The notes under the pieces: generated by a model
Seen by the model: the letters and a program-made list of their open reading frames with translations, nothing else
Database searches by the model: none
What the model was told of the DNA's origin: nothing
NCBI GenBank assembly: GCA_051382305.1
Contig: JBBCAV010000045.1
Span: 1 to 37,694, forward strand
Source: Bdellovibrionota bacterium FG-2
GTDB taxonomy: Bacteria; Bdellovibrionota; UBA1018
Reading direction: 5' to 3'
Length of the DNA stretch: 37,694 bases
Translations under genes and position numbers: made by a program
Part shown: in pieces, positions 28,547 through 37,506 of the stretch
Layout: the number at the start of each line of letters is the position of its first letter
How positions within the stretch are numbered: the stretch's first letter is position 1

Positions 28547-28975
28547 TCAAATTGAAAATGCTGAGTGAGAAGGAAGATTGGAAATTCCAGCCGGCGCCAT
28601 CCGAGCATCCAAGGGAACCGAACCATCCGGATTTTGCATATAGATCGCAGGAGCATCGACTTTTGTCACCACCAAAACCATGTTATTGAATACTGAAAAT
28701 CCTAAGCGAGGCAATGCGCGAGCCGGAATCACAACCTGACCACTCGAATCAATGCTCACACGGATGGGCGCCGCTTGAATTTGTCTCACCGACAGACTTC
28801 GTCCTTCGACACCCAAAGTCGCCTGACGACCAGAAACATAAAATACGTTCAACGCCAAGCCTGAGAGATGCCTGAGATTCACGATTCGCACCTCGTTGAC
28901 GATAGGCTCGGCAGCCATCGCGCCCAAGGAAACAATTAAAAACAGTGAGACAAGAAATAAAATTCGCTTTTTCAT
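28547..28975 (-). CDS. Hypothetical exported protein; possibly frameshifted with true end at 28447
   Basis: Signal peptide MKKRILF...AMA; ATGA-coupled to the upstream gene; beta-rich. Confidence 0.7.
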   Translation of the reverse strand: MKKRILFLVSLFLIVSLGAMAAEPIVNEVRIVNLRHLSGLALNVFYVSGRQATLGVEGRSLSVRQIQAAPIRVSIDSSGQVVIPARALPRLGFSVFNNMVLVVTKVDAPAIYMQNPDGSVPLDARMAPAGISNLPSHSAFSI

Positions 28976-30735
28976 TGCTTCTGACCTCCGTACTCTAAAT
29001 AGAGCACAATATAACCACTCGAATCCGACTGCAGACTCTGAAGGGAAAGGGGAATCCCTGCAACCTCAGAAGGGATTGCAACGTCTTTTGCAAGCGCCAT
29101 GGGATTAGACTTATAACCCACGTTGGCCCGGCGAATCTTCTTCTTCACAGATTTCTCAATCATCGAATGAAGGAAACCAAGTTTCACGGACTCGCGCTTC
29201 ACCTTCACCGTGGACTCATCAATGCGATCGACCAACAAGCTGATGCGACTCGATGCGCCCTTCACCCCCGGCGTCACCACAAGTCTTACATTCATATCAA
29301 AGCTAAAAAGCAGCGGGTTTTCGACAAAGAATTTTTCAATCCCTTGGGGCTTCTTTGCAACTTGAAGGCGCAAAATAGCGCGGTCTTTTGCAAGTGCACC
29401 CGTCAATACGAGTTCAGGGGCCACCGTCATGGCAAGCGATTCACCTGCGTCACCATAAGGGACCTTCTCAAAATAGCCTCGCGCAAAACTGAGACCTAGA
29501 ATCTGGTTAACCAAATCCTGATTCAGCGAAAGAGCCAAATCATAATCCGCAGGATGCGCGCCACTAAAAGTGGGCATCGAACGCATGCTATCTTCTGCGC
29601 AGCTCCAATCTGTACCCAAGGCCTCCACCGAGGACTTAGCAGGATCTCGAACAGAAGCGGCCAAGCCCAAAAACAGCATATGAGACTCTTGCCTAAGTTC
29701 TTGAGGGGACATCCACCATTTAAATTTTGTTTGAAAGGCGGCGCCCATCACAGGTGCACCCGGGGCGGCCATTTCGTTGCCTTCCACAAGATTCTGAGGA
29801 AGGTAAGCCTGAATCAAATTATTCAGCTTTTGCGGAAGTTGCTCTTCCGCAAAACGATCCAAAAGAACCTGCAACATCTCTAGATAACGATCCTTAAGCT
29901 TAAGCAATTCCCGCTCAAGAGCAGCCTGATTTAGAGCAATGGGGTGGCCATCGATCAAAACCTCAACTCGCGGCAAAACAAGCGGTCGATCAAATCCCAT
30001 CTTTAGATCCACCTGATCCAAGGAGGTGTGAATGCCCAGAATATTGAACTCCACATTGCCCGTTTCCTTGATTCGCACGCCAATCGGGATTTGAATTTCA
30101 AGCGGTTTACTCTCCCCGGAGAGTTCCGTAAAAAGGCCACGCACTCCAAACGTCTTCAAGGAAGAGTTATTGAGATTCTTCCCCATCACACTCGCCGCAG
30201 AAAGCCTGAGACTTGGAATCTGAGCTTCCAACACAAAAACCGCAGAATTAGCGCCGGTGAATTCTCTCACGGGAGACGTCTGTAAGCTAAACCCCAAACG
30301 ATCAATTTGGGCGGAGTAACGAATATCCTTCACCTCCACTCGAATCAGCGGATCGTTAAAAGAAAATCCCAGCAACCAAGATTTGAGAATCGATCGAATC
30401 TTACCCAAGGTGCCCGAAAACTTTTGGAAGTGAATCGGTAGTTGATCCAATTTGAGCGGCTTCTCCGCATTAAGCACAAACGAATCAATCTGGCCTTCGC
30501 TGAGCGAAATACCATTGGCGAACAAAACATCAGCAAAATGCTCGACAAAATATTTCTGCCCTCGCTCGGTCAATCCCAAACCCACGGCACGCCCGATGCC
30601 GCAGGCCGGTTTTTCTTTTGCCTGAACACCTGCCAGAGCAACACCGGAGGTCACCACAGCCAGGCCAAGAGCCATCACGCCAATCCGTAAAATTTTCATC
30701 GTCATTCTTATCGTCATTTTCGTGGTCATTCTCAT
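28972..30735 (-). CDS. Exported LBP/BPI (TULIP)-like protein, paralogue 2
   Basis: Signal peptide. VGLGLTERGQKY and DLALSLNQDLVNQILGLSFARGYF resemble BPI N- and C-domain patterns. Collinear with the upstream paralogue. The ORF is secure but the fold call is inference. Confidence 0.6.
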   Translation of the reverse strand: MRMTTKMTIRMTMKILRIGVMALGLAVVTSGVALAGVQAKEKPACGIGRAVGLGLTERGQKYFVEHFADVLFANGISLSEGQIDSFVLNAEKPLKLDQLPIHFQKFSGTLGKIRSILKSWLLGFSFNDPLIRVEVKDIRYSAQIDRLGFSLQTSPVREFTGANSAVFVLEAQIPSLRLSAASVMGKNLNNSSLKTFGVRGLFTELSGESKPLEIQIPIGVRIKETGNVEFNILGIHTSLDQVDLKMGFDRPLVLPRVEVLIDGHPIALNQAALERELLKLKDRYLEMLQVLLDRFAEEQLPQKLNNLIQAYLPQNLVEGNEMAAPGAPVMGAAFQTKFKWWMSPQELRQESHMLFLGLAASVRDPAKSSVEALGTDWSCAEDSMRSMPTFSGAHPADYDLALSLNQDLVNQILGLSFARGYFEKVPYGDAGESLAMTVAPELVLTGALAKDRAILRLQVAKKPQGIEKFFVENPLLFSFDMNVRLVVTPGVKGASSRISLLVDRIDESTVKVKRESVKLGFLHSMIEKSVKKKIRRANVGYKSNPMALAKDVAIPSEVAGIPLSLQSLQSDSSGYIVLYLEYGGQKQ

Positions 30736-32414
30736 GGCCTCATAAAGTTAATGTAGGTTACAATGAAACCCGCTGGATCAATCTGCACATCCTGGACTTC
30801 TAGCGCCATTCCCATGAGTTGAGAAGGAATCGGAAGCTTATCCGCGAGCGTAAGCCCTTTTTTCACGTGAAACTTGAGATTCTCTTTTTTCAAAACCTTC
30901 AACGCTTCGTGATGCACAATCTCTCGGGTCGTTTGATCAAAAAAGCCATTTTTCCTGATATAACGATCTTCAATGCTAATGAAGTTTTCGTTCAGCACTT
31001 CCATATTCAACTGCACGACCCCATCCTCGATTAGGACCCTCGTTTTCCCTTCAACAGCAACCTGAAATGGATCCAAAAGCACAAGACTTTCGGTGACACT
31101 AGGAGTTCGGATGAGACGAAGCTGCAAATCCATGAACTTGAGTCTGCCGTCATCCGCTACAAATCGCGGGGACTCAGCAAAATGCAGATAGGTTCCATCA
31201 CTATTGAGCATATTTTCAAAGTTTCCCCGATCAAAGCCCATTTGAACTAAGCGATTGACATACTTAAGACTAATAGCCAAAGCAAAGTCATATTGACCAG
31301 GATCATGAGACAAGTAGGGTCTACGCTCTGCTGGATTAAAACCATAATAGGCGCGACTCGCCTCTGGATCTTCAAGCTTTCCGACAAAAGAAAGATCCAC
31401 AAGTCCGTCTCGCATATTCACATCCTGGGGCCGCATGGAGTATTTGAGTTTAGCGTTGCGCGCTCCTTTAGGTTCTCCCGGAGCCTTCATTGCACCACTA
31501 AATTCAAACCCTTTTTTCACCGCCTGATTGAGCACGAGATTCAATTGCCCGGGGAGCTTCTTTTGCGCAAACTCATCAAAGTAGCGCACGAGCGCCTCCA
31601 TCATCTGAGGCTGTTTAGATTCGATGAGTTTACGGACTTTATCGTGAGAAAGCGTTGAAACTTGATCGCCAATTCTGACTTGAAGTTTCGGCATCACGAG
31701 CGGCGCCTCAAAACCAGAGGCCAAACGCACTTGAGCGAGATTGGTGATCACTTTTAGAACTTCAATCTTAAAAGTTCCAGACTCCTTGACCGAGATCTTC
31801 ACGGGGATTTCTAAAGTGAGCGGACCACTTGCCGGGTCCAAGCCCAGCCAGACGAAGTTCGCGCCAAACACACCCAAAATTGAATTATTCACATCTTTCG
31901 CTCGAAGGCGCGAAATTTTAAATTTAAAATTTGGGATCTTGGCTTTCAAGCGCATGAAAACAGTATTTTCGAGACAAGCATTCTCCATGTCGTAATCGAC
32001 ATCGATATCAAAATCCTCAAGCCCAACCTGATAACGAATTCCTTCAGCCTCAACCAAAGGTTGGGGATCGTTTAACCGAAATCCCACCAGCCATTTCCTG
32101 ATTGTCTTTCTCACTTCCCTGACCGTTTTTCCGAAGCGCTCGTAGCCGGGAGGAAGTTTTGCAAGTTCAATAGGTTTATCTTCGCGATACTGAAAATCGG
32201 GCAAATCGCGTTCGAGCAAATTCAAATCTTTGTTAGAAAGCATTTGGACGATTTGCGCCTGTACGGCGGCCTGCCCTTTTCGCGAAAGCGACACCACCAC
32301 CGAATCTTTCAGGTTAAAGCCATCATCAGCTATCGCAGCCCACGAGACTGCTGTCGTTAACCCTAGAAGCGCACCTACTAAAATCATTCTCATGCTGCGA
32401 AACCTCCAGCGCAT
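30732..32414 (-). CDS. Exported LBP/BPI (TULIP)-like protein, paralogue 1
   Basis: Signal peptide; VVSLSRKGQ and DFALAISLKYVNRLVQMGFDRGNF. Shares WLxGFxxNDP, MxAPGxP and the terminal D..G.IV.Y with paralogue 2. Confidence 0.6.
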   Translation of the reverse strand: MRWRFRSMRMILVGALLGLTTAVSWAAIADDGFNLKDSVVVSLSRKGQAAVQAQIVQMLSNKDLNLLERDLPDFQYREDKPIELAKLPPGYERFGKTVREVRKTIRKWLVGFRLNDPQPLVEAEGIRYQVGLEDFDIDVDYDMENACLENTVFMRLKAKIPNFKFKISRLRAKDVNNSILGVFGANFVWLGLDPASGPLTLEIPVKISVKESGTFKIEVLKVITNLAQVRLASGFEAPLVMPKLQVRIGDQVSTLSHDKVRKLIESKQPQMMEALVRYFDEFAQKKLPGQLNLVLNQAVKKGFEFSGAMKAPGEPKGARNAKLKYSMRPQDVNMRDGLVDLSFVGKLEDPEASRAYYGFNPAERRPYLSHDPGQYDFALAISLKYVNRLVQMGFDRGNFENMLNSDGTYLHFAESPRFVADDGRLKFMDLQLRLIRTPSVTESLVLLDPFQVAVEGKTRVLIEDGVVQLNMEVLNENFISIEDRYIRKNGFFDQTTREIVHHEALKVLKKENLKFHVKKGLTLADKLPIPSQLMGMALEVQDVQIDPAGFIVTYINFMRP

Positions 32415-32679
32415 ATTGATCTGCGCAGGGAAGTTTTACACTAGTTGATTAAATTGGTCAACTCTTTAATGATATAACGCCATCAAAACCTGTTAAATAT
32501 ACAATATCAAAAGAGTTAATTCAAAATCAATTCAATCCAACAATCCCATGCCTGGATCGAATCCTCCCAAAACAATGCCCGAAGCCTCACTCTCCCCGCA
32601 AAACGCATTGCCATCACTCAAAGTTGCTGCCAAAATCTTTGAGTGCCTCGGGCAATACCCCCGAAAGGAAAACTCGCTT

Positions 32680-34824
32680 ATGAAAAATCTCACAATCCCG
32701 ACCGTGTTGATCACCGCCATGGGCTTTGGCGCTTGTACTCAAAACTCCGTCAAACCTACCCCGACCGACACATTCGATAGCGACTCCAGTCGTGGGCCCG
32801 CCGCGGCCGCAAAAGAAAACCGCGGCTCGCCTGCCGAGTACGATCCAGGCCCCCCAAAAAACTCAGAGTGGCCAGACATTTTTGCGGAAACCCCCAACTA
32901 CCGCGCTTACGGCAAAGCGGTTTACAGAGCCGCCGCCGCGGCAGCGAAAATCAAAGACGATGGGCAAGAGAAATTCCGCTGGAAAGTGGGCCCTATGTGG
33001 TACCGGGGCCGCCTCGCCCCCAATAGCGTTAAAGTGTTTGTCATCGGTCAAGAAGGAGCGCAAGACGAGAACACCTCCAACCGAACCTTCACGGGCTCCA
33101 CCGGCACGAAGATGCAAAACTTCATCAACTACTTCGGAATTAATCAAAGCTACCTCTTCATGAATACCTTCATCTACACCATTACAGGACAATACGGAGA
33201 GAGAGCCGAACCCACAGATACGCCCGAAGTGAAAAAGGAAAAGGAAGTCCGCTCAAAAACCTTGTTTTGGCTTGCGCAAAATCCCGCTAGCGTGATTGTG
33301 CAACACCGTCACCGCATGTTTGATTATATGCTCAAACAAAACACCGGCACCCTCGCTCTGGTCATTGGCGTAGGAAGCGCTGGAAAAGACAGCCTTGCCA
33401 CTTGGATCAAGTCTCACGGCGGAAAATGCACCTCCGCCCAACTCAGCAGAACCTTCTGCGACGCAAGCGTCTTGGGTAAGGGCGTAATGGCCATCGGGGT
33501 CATGCACCCAGGTGCCGCAAGTGCACGAAACGGGGGAGCAGACGCCGCTGGCGGGCTTCGTGGCGAGTTCAACAAAAAGGCGCAGACCGTCGCCCAGTGG
33601 ATTTCGCAAGATCCGAACTGGCTTAAACCGGACTCCGGAATGCGCAACGATGTTTCGTACAACTATTTTTACAAAGACGCAGCCATTCCCTACCGTGACT
33701 TTGCCTTCGGAACCAACTGGCGAATGGGCAAAGACGGAACCACAACCAATCGCCGTGGGGCCGATGGAATTCAAATCTATTCCGACGGAGGCTGTTACAA
33801 CAACGTCGCCAGATTAGAAGATGGCAAATGCGACCGAAACCCTACAAGCCCGAAAACGCTTAAAGTACTCTATCAAGAACCTAAAGATCTCCCCTGCAGC
33901 TTTAAACTCAGCCCCCAAGATGTCCCTTACGAAAGTCCAAAAAGCACCGAAGGCAGACGCCTCTACGACGAGGGCCCCGGGGAATTTGCCGACGAACTCA
34001 TGGGCGTCGCAGGAGATCATTGGCCTGACTTTACCTCTTTAGGGGTCACTCAACACGCCTCATTTGGAACCGGCGCGATCTATCGCGGCAATCTTAAAAA
34101 CCCCAAGATCTTGGTTCTCGCCGACCAGGAGTCCAATGACGACCTTTTCTCCACGCGCGCCTACACCGGAACCGGAGGACAACAACTCCAAACGTTCCTG
34201 GGCGCTCTCGGCGCTAAAAACAACTATGCCATCATTCGCACGCTCCCCGTGGACACTTCGGACCTCACCGCAAACGAAGTCAAGGATGTTGCCTTTCAAC
34301 CCGACGTTGTTCGCGCTCGAAATCGGATTCTGGATGCAATCCTTAAACAAGGAACCACCGGACTCATTGTCACAATTGGGGACTCTGCAGCTGCAATCAT
34401 GGCCGCACAGCACTCAAAAATTCCGGTCATCGCTCTTGAACATCCCAGCTCAAAAACTCATATGAGCCAATGGCAAAAGGCCCTAGCAAGCATTGCCGCA
34501 TTAAAAATTGCCGGGATTAACGCCAAGGGCAAATACACGGGCCTTCTCACGGCCATCCCGAGAGAGGACCTCCCGGCTCACACAAGGTGGTGGATGGGAA
34601 CAAGCGGAACTCGCGCCTCCCGCGCCTACACCCTAGAAGGAAAGACGACAGTCTGGAACGGGGATTACTACAAATTTGATGCCCCGGCCTGGGTAAACTC
34701 GAAGAACTACCCCGCACCCGCGACCGACCTCAACGCGACCGAAAAACAATCTTTTGAGAGCTTTCGCACCAACACAATTGAAATCTTTTCGGAAAACCTG
34801 CAAGACCCGATCGAACAAAACTAG
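32680..34824 (+). CDS. Lipoprotein with two tandem uracil-DNA-glycosylase-superfamily domains
   Basis: Lipobox FGAC (Cys19) and RBS AAAGGA. Domain 1: YRGRL..VKVFVIGQE..DE...RTFTGSTG...HPG. Domain 2: YRGNL..KILVLADQE..DD...RAYTGTGG...HPS. Confidence 0.75.
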   Translation: MKNLTIPTVLITAMGFGACTQNSVKPTPTDTFDSDSSRGPAAAAKENRGSPAEYDPGPPKNSEWPDIFAETPNYRAYGKAVYRAAAAAAKIKDDGQEKFRWKVGPMWYRGRLAPNSVKVFVIGQEGAQDENTSNRTFTGSTGTKMQNFINYFGINQSYLFMNTFIYTITGQYGERAEPTDTPEVKKEKEVRSKTLFWLAQNPASVIVQHRHRMFDYMLKQNTGTLALVIGVGSAGKDSLATWIKSHGGKCTSAQLSRTFCDASVLGKGVMAIGVMHPGAASARNGGADAAGGLRGEFNKKAQTVAQWISQDPNWLKPDSGMRNDVSYNYFYKDAAIPYRDFAFGTNWRMGKDGTTTNRRGADGIQIYSDGGCYNNVARLEDGKCDRNPTSPKTLKVLYQEPKDLPCSFKLSPQDVPYESPKSTEGRRLYDEGPGEFADELMGVAGDHWPDFTSLGVTQHASFGTGAIYRGNLKNPKILVLADQESNDDLFSTRAYTGTGGQQLQTFLGALGAKNNYAIIRTLPVDTSDLTANEVKDVAFQPDVVRARNRILDAILKQGTTGLIVTIGDSAAAIMAAQHSKIPVIALEHPSSKTHMSQWQKALASIAALKIAGINAKGKYTGLLTAIPREDLPAHTRWWMGTSGTRASRAYTLEGKTTVWNGDYYKFDAPAWVNSKNYPAPATDLNATEKQSFESFRTNTIEIFSENLQDPIEQN

Positions 34825-34850
34825 CAATCCAATTCACAGAAGGAAAAATC

Positions 34851-35336
34851 ATGTCTCAACTTGACGTCAAGTTCTTCAAACCCTTTGTCGACGGCACTAT
34901 TCACACCCTCAAGATTCAATGTTCTCTTGAAGCGAAACATGACAAACCTTTTGTCAAAGGCCAGAAAGAACAACCCCCCTTTGAGATTGCAGGCGTCATA
35001 GGCCTCACCTCTCAAGCCTTCACGGGTTCGATCACGATTTGTTTTCCTGAAAAAGTCTATCTTACAATGATGAGCAACATGCTGGGGGAAACCTTCACGG
35101 CGATTACGAAGGACCTCCAAGATGGCGCCGCGGAACTCCTCAACATCATTTTCGGCCAGGCCAAGAGCGTTTTGAACCAACAAGGCTACACCATTCAAAA
35201 AGCAATCCCGACCGTGGTGCGTGGAACAAATCTCACGACCACGCAACTCGGCGGCGGCCCTGTGATCGTGCTCCCTTTCTTGACATCCGTGGGGGAGTTT
35301 CACATCGAAATTTGCACCGAAGCCGCGATGAAGTAA
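34851..35336 (+). CDS. cheX: Chemotaxis phosphatase CheX
   Basis: FFKPFVDG, IAGVIGLT, catalytic ExxN in DGAAELLNIIFG, and IPTVVRG. Confidence 0.92.
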   Translation: MSQLDVKFFKPFVDGTIHTLKIQCSLEAKHDKPFVKGQKEQPPFEIAGVIGLTSQAFTGSITICFPEKVYLTMMSNMLGETFTAITKDLQDGAAELLNIIFGQAKSVLNQQGYTIQKAIPTVVRGTNLTTTQLGGGPVIVLPFLTSVGEFHIEICTEAAMK

Positions 35337-35418
35337 AAAAGCACGCCGCCCTCTTAGGAATTTTCTTGCTAGAGAGAACGAGATTTGATTTATCTCGTCC
35401 CACAGTAAGGAATAAAAA

Positions 35419-36000
35419 ATGAAAAAACTTAAGTTTAGAAACCTAAACCTGTCTCTTGTTGTATTCGCAGCCACATTGACCCTAAGTTCACCCCTTAGCG
35501 CAAAGGAACTCAATGGGGTCACAATGCCCGATCAGATGACGGTGGCTGGAAAGAATTTGACTCTCAACGGACTTGGCATGCGTTTGGCTCTTTTTATCAA
35601 AGTAAAAGTCTATGTGGGCGGGCTATATCTCGAAACTCCTTCTAAGAATCCCGAAGAGATTCTGGCCTCCCCGCAAATTAAGCACGTCGAAATGAAGTTT
35701 CTACGCGATGTCGGCGCTGGAAAAATGGTAAGCGCCTGGAATGAGAGCTTGGAGAAGAATTGCAAAACCGATTGCGCCACACTGAAACCCATGATCGACA
35801 AACTGAACAGTGCGATGGTTGACATGAAAGAAGGCGACACGATGAGCTTCACCTTTCTTGCTGACGGCGTCGATGTAACGGTCAAACAGAAAAAGGATAA
35901 GCTGGAGGGCGCGGCGCTCTCCAAACTTCTCCTGACGACTTGGCTTGGACCTAACCCTCCAAACAATGAGCTCAAAGACGGAATGCTCGGCAAGAAATAA
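35419..36000 (+). CDS. Exported chalcone-isomerase-like protein
   Basis: Signal peptide; LTLNGLGMR, VKVYVGGLYL and WLGPNPPNNELKDGMLG motifs. Confidence 0.9.
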   Translation: MKKLKFRNLNLSLVVFAATLTLSSPLSAKELNGVTMPDQMTVAGKNLTLNGLGMRLALFIKVKVYVGGLYLETPSKNPEEILASPQIKHVEMKFLRDVGAGKMVSAWNESLEKNCKTDCATLKPMIDKLNSAMVDMKEGDTMSFTFLADGVDVTVKQKKDKLEGAALSKLLLTTWLGPNPPNNELKDGMLGKK

Positions 36001-36022
36001 GCCGACCCCGTGGGGCCCGCTT

Positions 36023-37318
36023 CTATTTTGCTCTAAAGCGATTCACTTCTTCGGCAAGACCTCTTAGGGCTGAGTTCCGCTCGCGAGTTTTTGTCTGCGC
36101 AACAGTGAGCGGCGCGGTCGTCTGCGCCGGTTCCACAGGGGGAGAGTCAATTTGCATATGGCGATAGATCTTCGCAAGTTTGCTATCGATCCTCGAATCC
36201 TCCCCAATTCCAGCTAAGAAGGTCCGGGTCGAATTCGAATCTTTAAGCCAGCTTGCATAGGTCAGCAATTGCTCTACGTTTAGGCCGTCGGTTTTCGCGC
36301 TCCATTTAAAGAGCAACATCCCCACCTTTGTAAAAAACCCAGGAATCCCCAAAAAACCCTTATGGGTAATATTGAAAACCTTGGACAGGGTCATCGCGGC
36401 GAGAAAATTTGCCCGAGATTGCAGAAGATAGATTGCAAGCTTTTCACGCTTGAGAACCTCCCCACGCGCGCCCACTTCCCGTCGCTCCCCAAGCGCCTCT
36501 TCGATCAATGACAATATCGAAACCTCGGGCAGCCCCAAGCTCATCGCCAGGTTGCGCGCATTGGGGTTGACCTGCCTAAGTGCCACGACCAAAGCATTGA
36601 GATTCATATCCTTTTGCGCACTCGAACCGGGATTGGGTAGAAAGTCTTTGTCTGCATAATTCACGACGGTAAGGAGGAACTCCTTGAGACCTTCTTCGTA
36701 GAGCTGCTGACGCCGCTCTTGCGAGACCTCTTCTTTAACGAGTTGAAACTCCATCGCATCAAAATAACGTTCAGCTTGAGCGATTTTCCCTTCCATCTCT
36801 GGAGAACGCTCCATCGCCTGTATACATCCCTGCCGGGTCGCAATAGAAGACGTTTGCCGGTCATCCGTATAATGATCGTCCGTCACGTTCTCCACCTTGT
36901 CGATTTTCCCTGCAATGTGCTCCTCGGTCTTCGCCACTTCCTTAGTTACAGCCAGATCCTCTTTCGTCGTAGCGGCCACACCTGTAATCACTTCATCCGT
37001 ATGCTCGGCGTTCTCGGCGATCTTCTTAGATACGACGACAGTCTCCCTCGTCGAAACGGCAAGGTCTGTCATCGTTTCATCCATATGCTCCGACGTCCTC
37101 GCTACTTCTTTACTCGCAACCAACGTCTCTTTTGTCGTGCCGGCCATACTGTCAGTTGTCCTCGCCATGTCAGTGGTCGTCTTGGCCATTTCCGAAGTGG
37201 TCTTGCTCATGTCTTTCGTCGAATCATGCATCTCATCGAGATTGCTTTTCAATGAACAGGCATTCAAACAAAGGCTCACAATTGACGCCCCGCACGCTAA
37301 GTAGTTGATTTTTTTCAT
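36023..37318 (-). CDS. Hypothetical lipoprotein with long repetitive coiled-coil stalk and helical C-domain
   Basis: Lipobox LNAC, 7-aa repeats of the xMxxTTx type, then three 28-aa repeats. Confidence 0.82.
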   Translation of the reverse strand: MKKINYLACGASIVSLCLNACSLKSNLDEMHDSTKDMSKTTSEMAKTTTDMARTTDSMAGTTKETLVASKEVARTSEHMDETMTDLAVSTRETVVVSKKIAENAEHTDEVITGVAATTKEDLAVTKEVAKTEEHIAGKIDKVENVTDDHYTDDRQTSSIATRQGCIQAMERSPEMEGKIAQAERYFDAMEFQLVKEEVSQERRQQLYEEGLKEFLLTVVNYADKDFLPNPGSSAQKDMNLNALVVALRQVNPNARNLAMSLGLPEVSILSLIEEALGERREVGARGEVLKREKLAIYLLQSRANFLAAMTLSKVFNITHKGFLGIPGFFTKVGMLLFKWSAKTDGLNVEQLLTYASWLKDSNSTRTFLAGIGEDSRIDSKLAKIYRHMQIDSPPVEPAQTTAPLTVAQTKTRERNSALRGLAEEVNRFRAK

Positions 37319-37506
37319 TTTCGATTTCCTTTTTTCGTTCAAACCTCATAAACTCACTCCAACGCACCATGGCGCCGCAGCTAGAACCGAGAGGTAGCGC
37401 GGAACTGATTAACTCATTTGATGCATGGTGTCAAATTTTCTTTCTCCAAACAAGATTGTTTTGACTCATCGCGTTTTTCGTGCGATGAACAGGGAGCTAA
37501 TTCTTT

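Noticed and set aside
30697-30735. Imperfect 12-bp repeats giving MRMTTKMTIRMTMK
   Set aside because: A short degenerate duplication in a signal-peptide n-region. It only makes the start codon ambiguous.
32468-32498. dif-like site (TGTTAAAT)
   Set aside because: Only part of the XerD arm matches, and there is no properly spaced XerC arm.
32548-32679. 44-aa extension of the double-UDG ORF
   Set aside because: It has no RBS and would bury the signal peptide. ATG 32680 has AAAGGA and a canonical lipoprotein leader.
34821-35522. 233-aa minus-strand ORF
   Set aside because: It is antisense to cheX and the next gene, with no recognisable motifs.
37375-37410. Resemblance to the 5' part of the c-di-AMP (ydaO) riboswitch or to c-di-GMP-I
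   Set aside because: The downstream conserved ydaO blocks and the c-di-GMP-I GCAAA elements are missing, so it is kept only as an unassigned structure.
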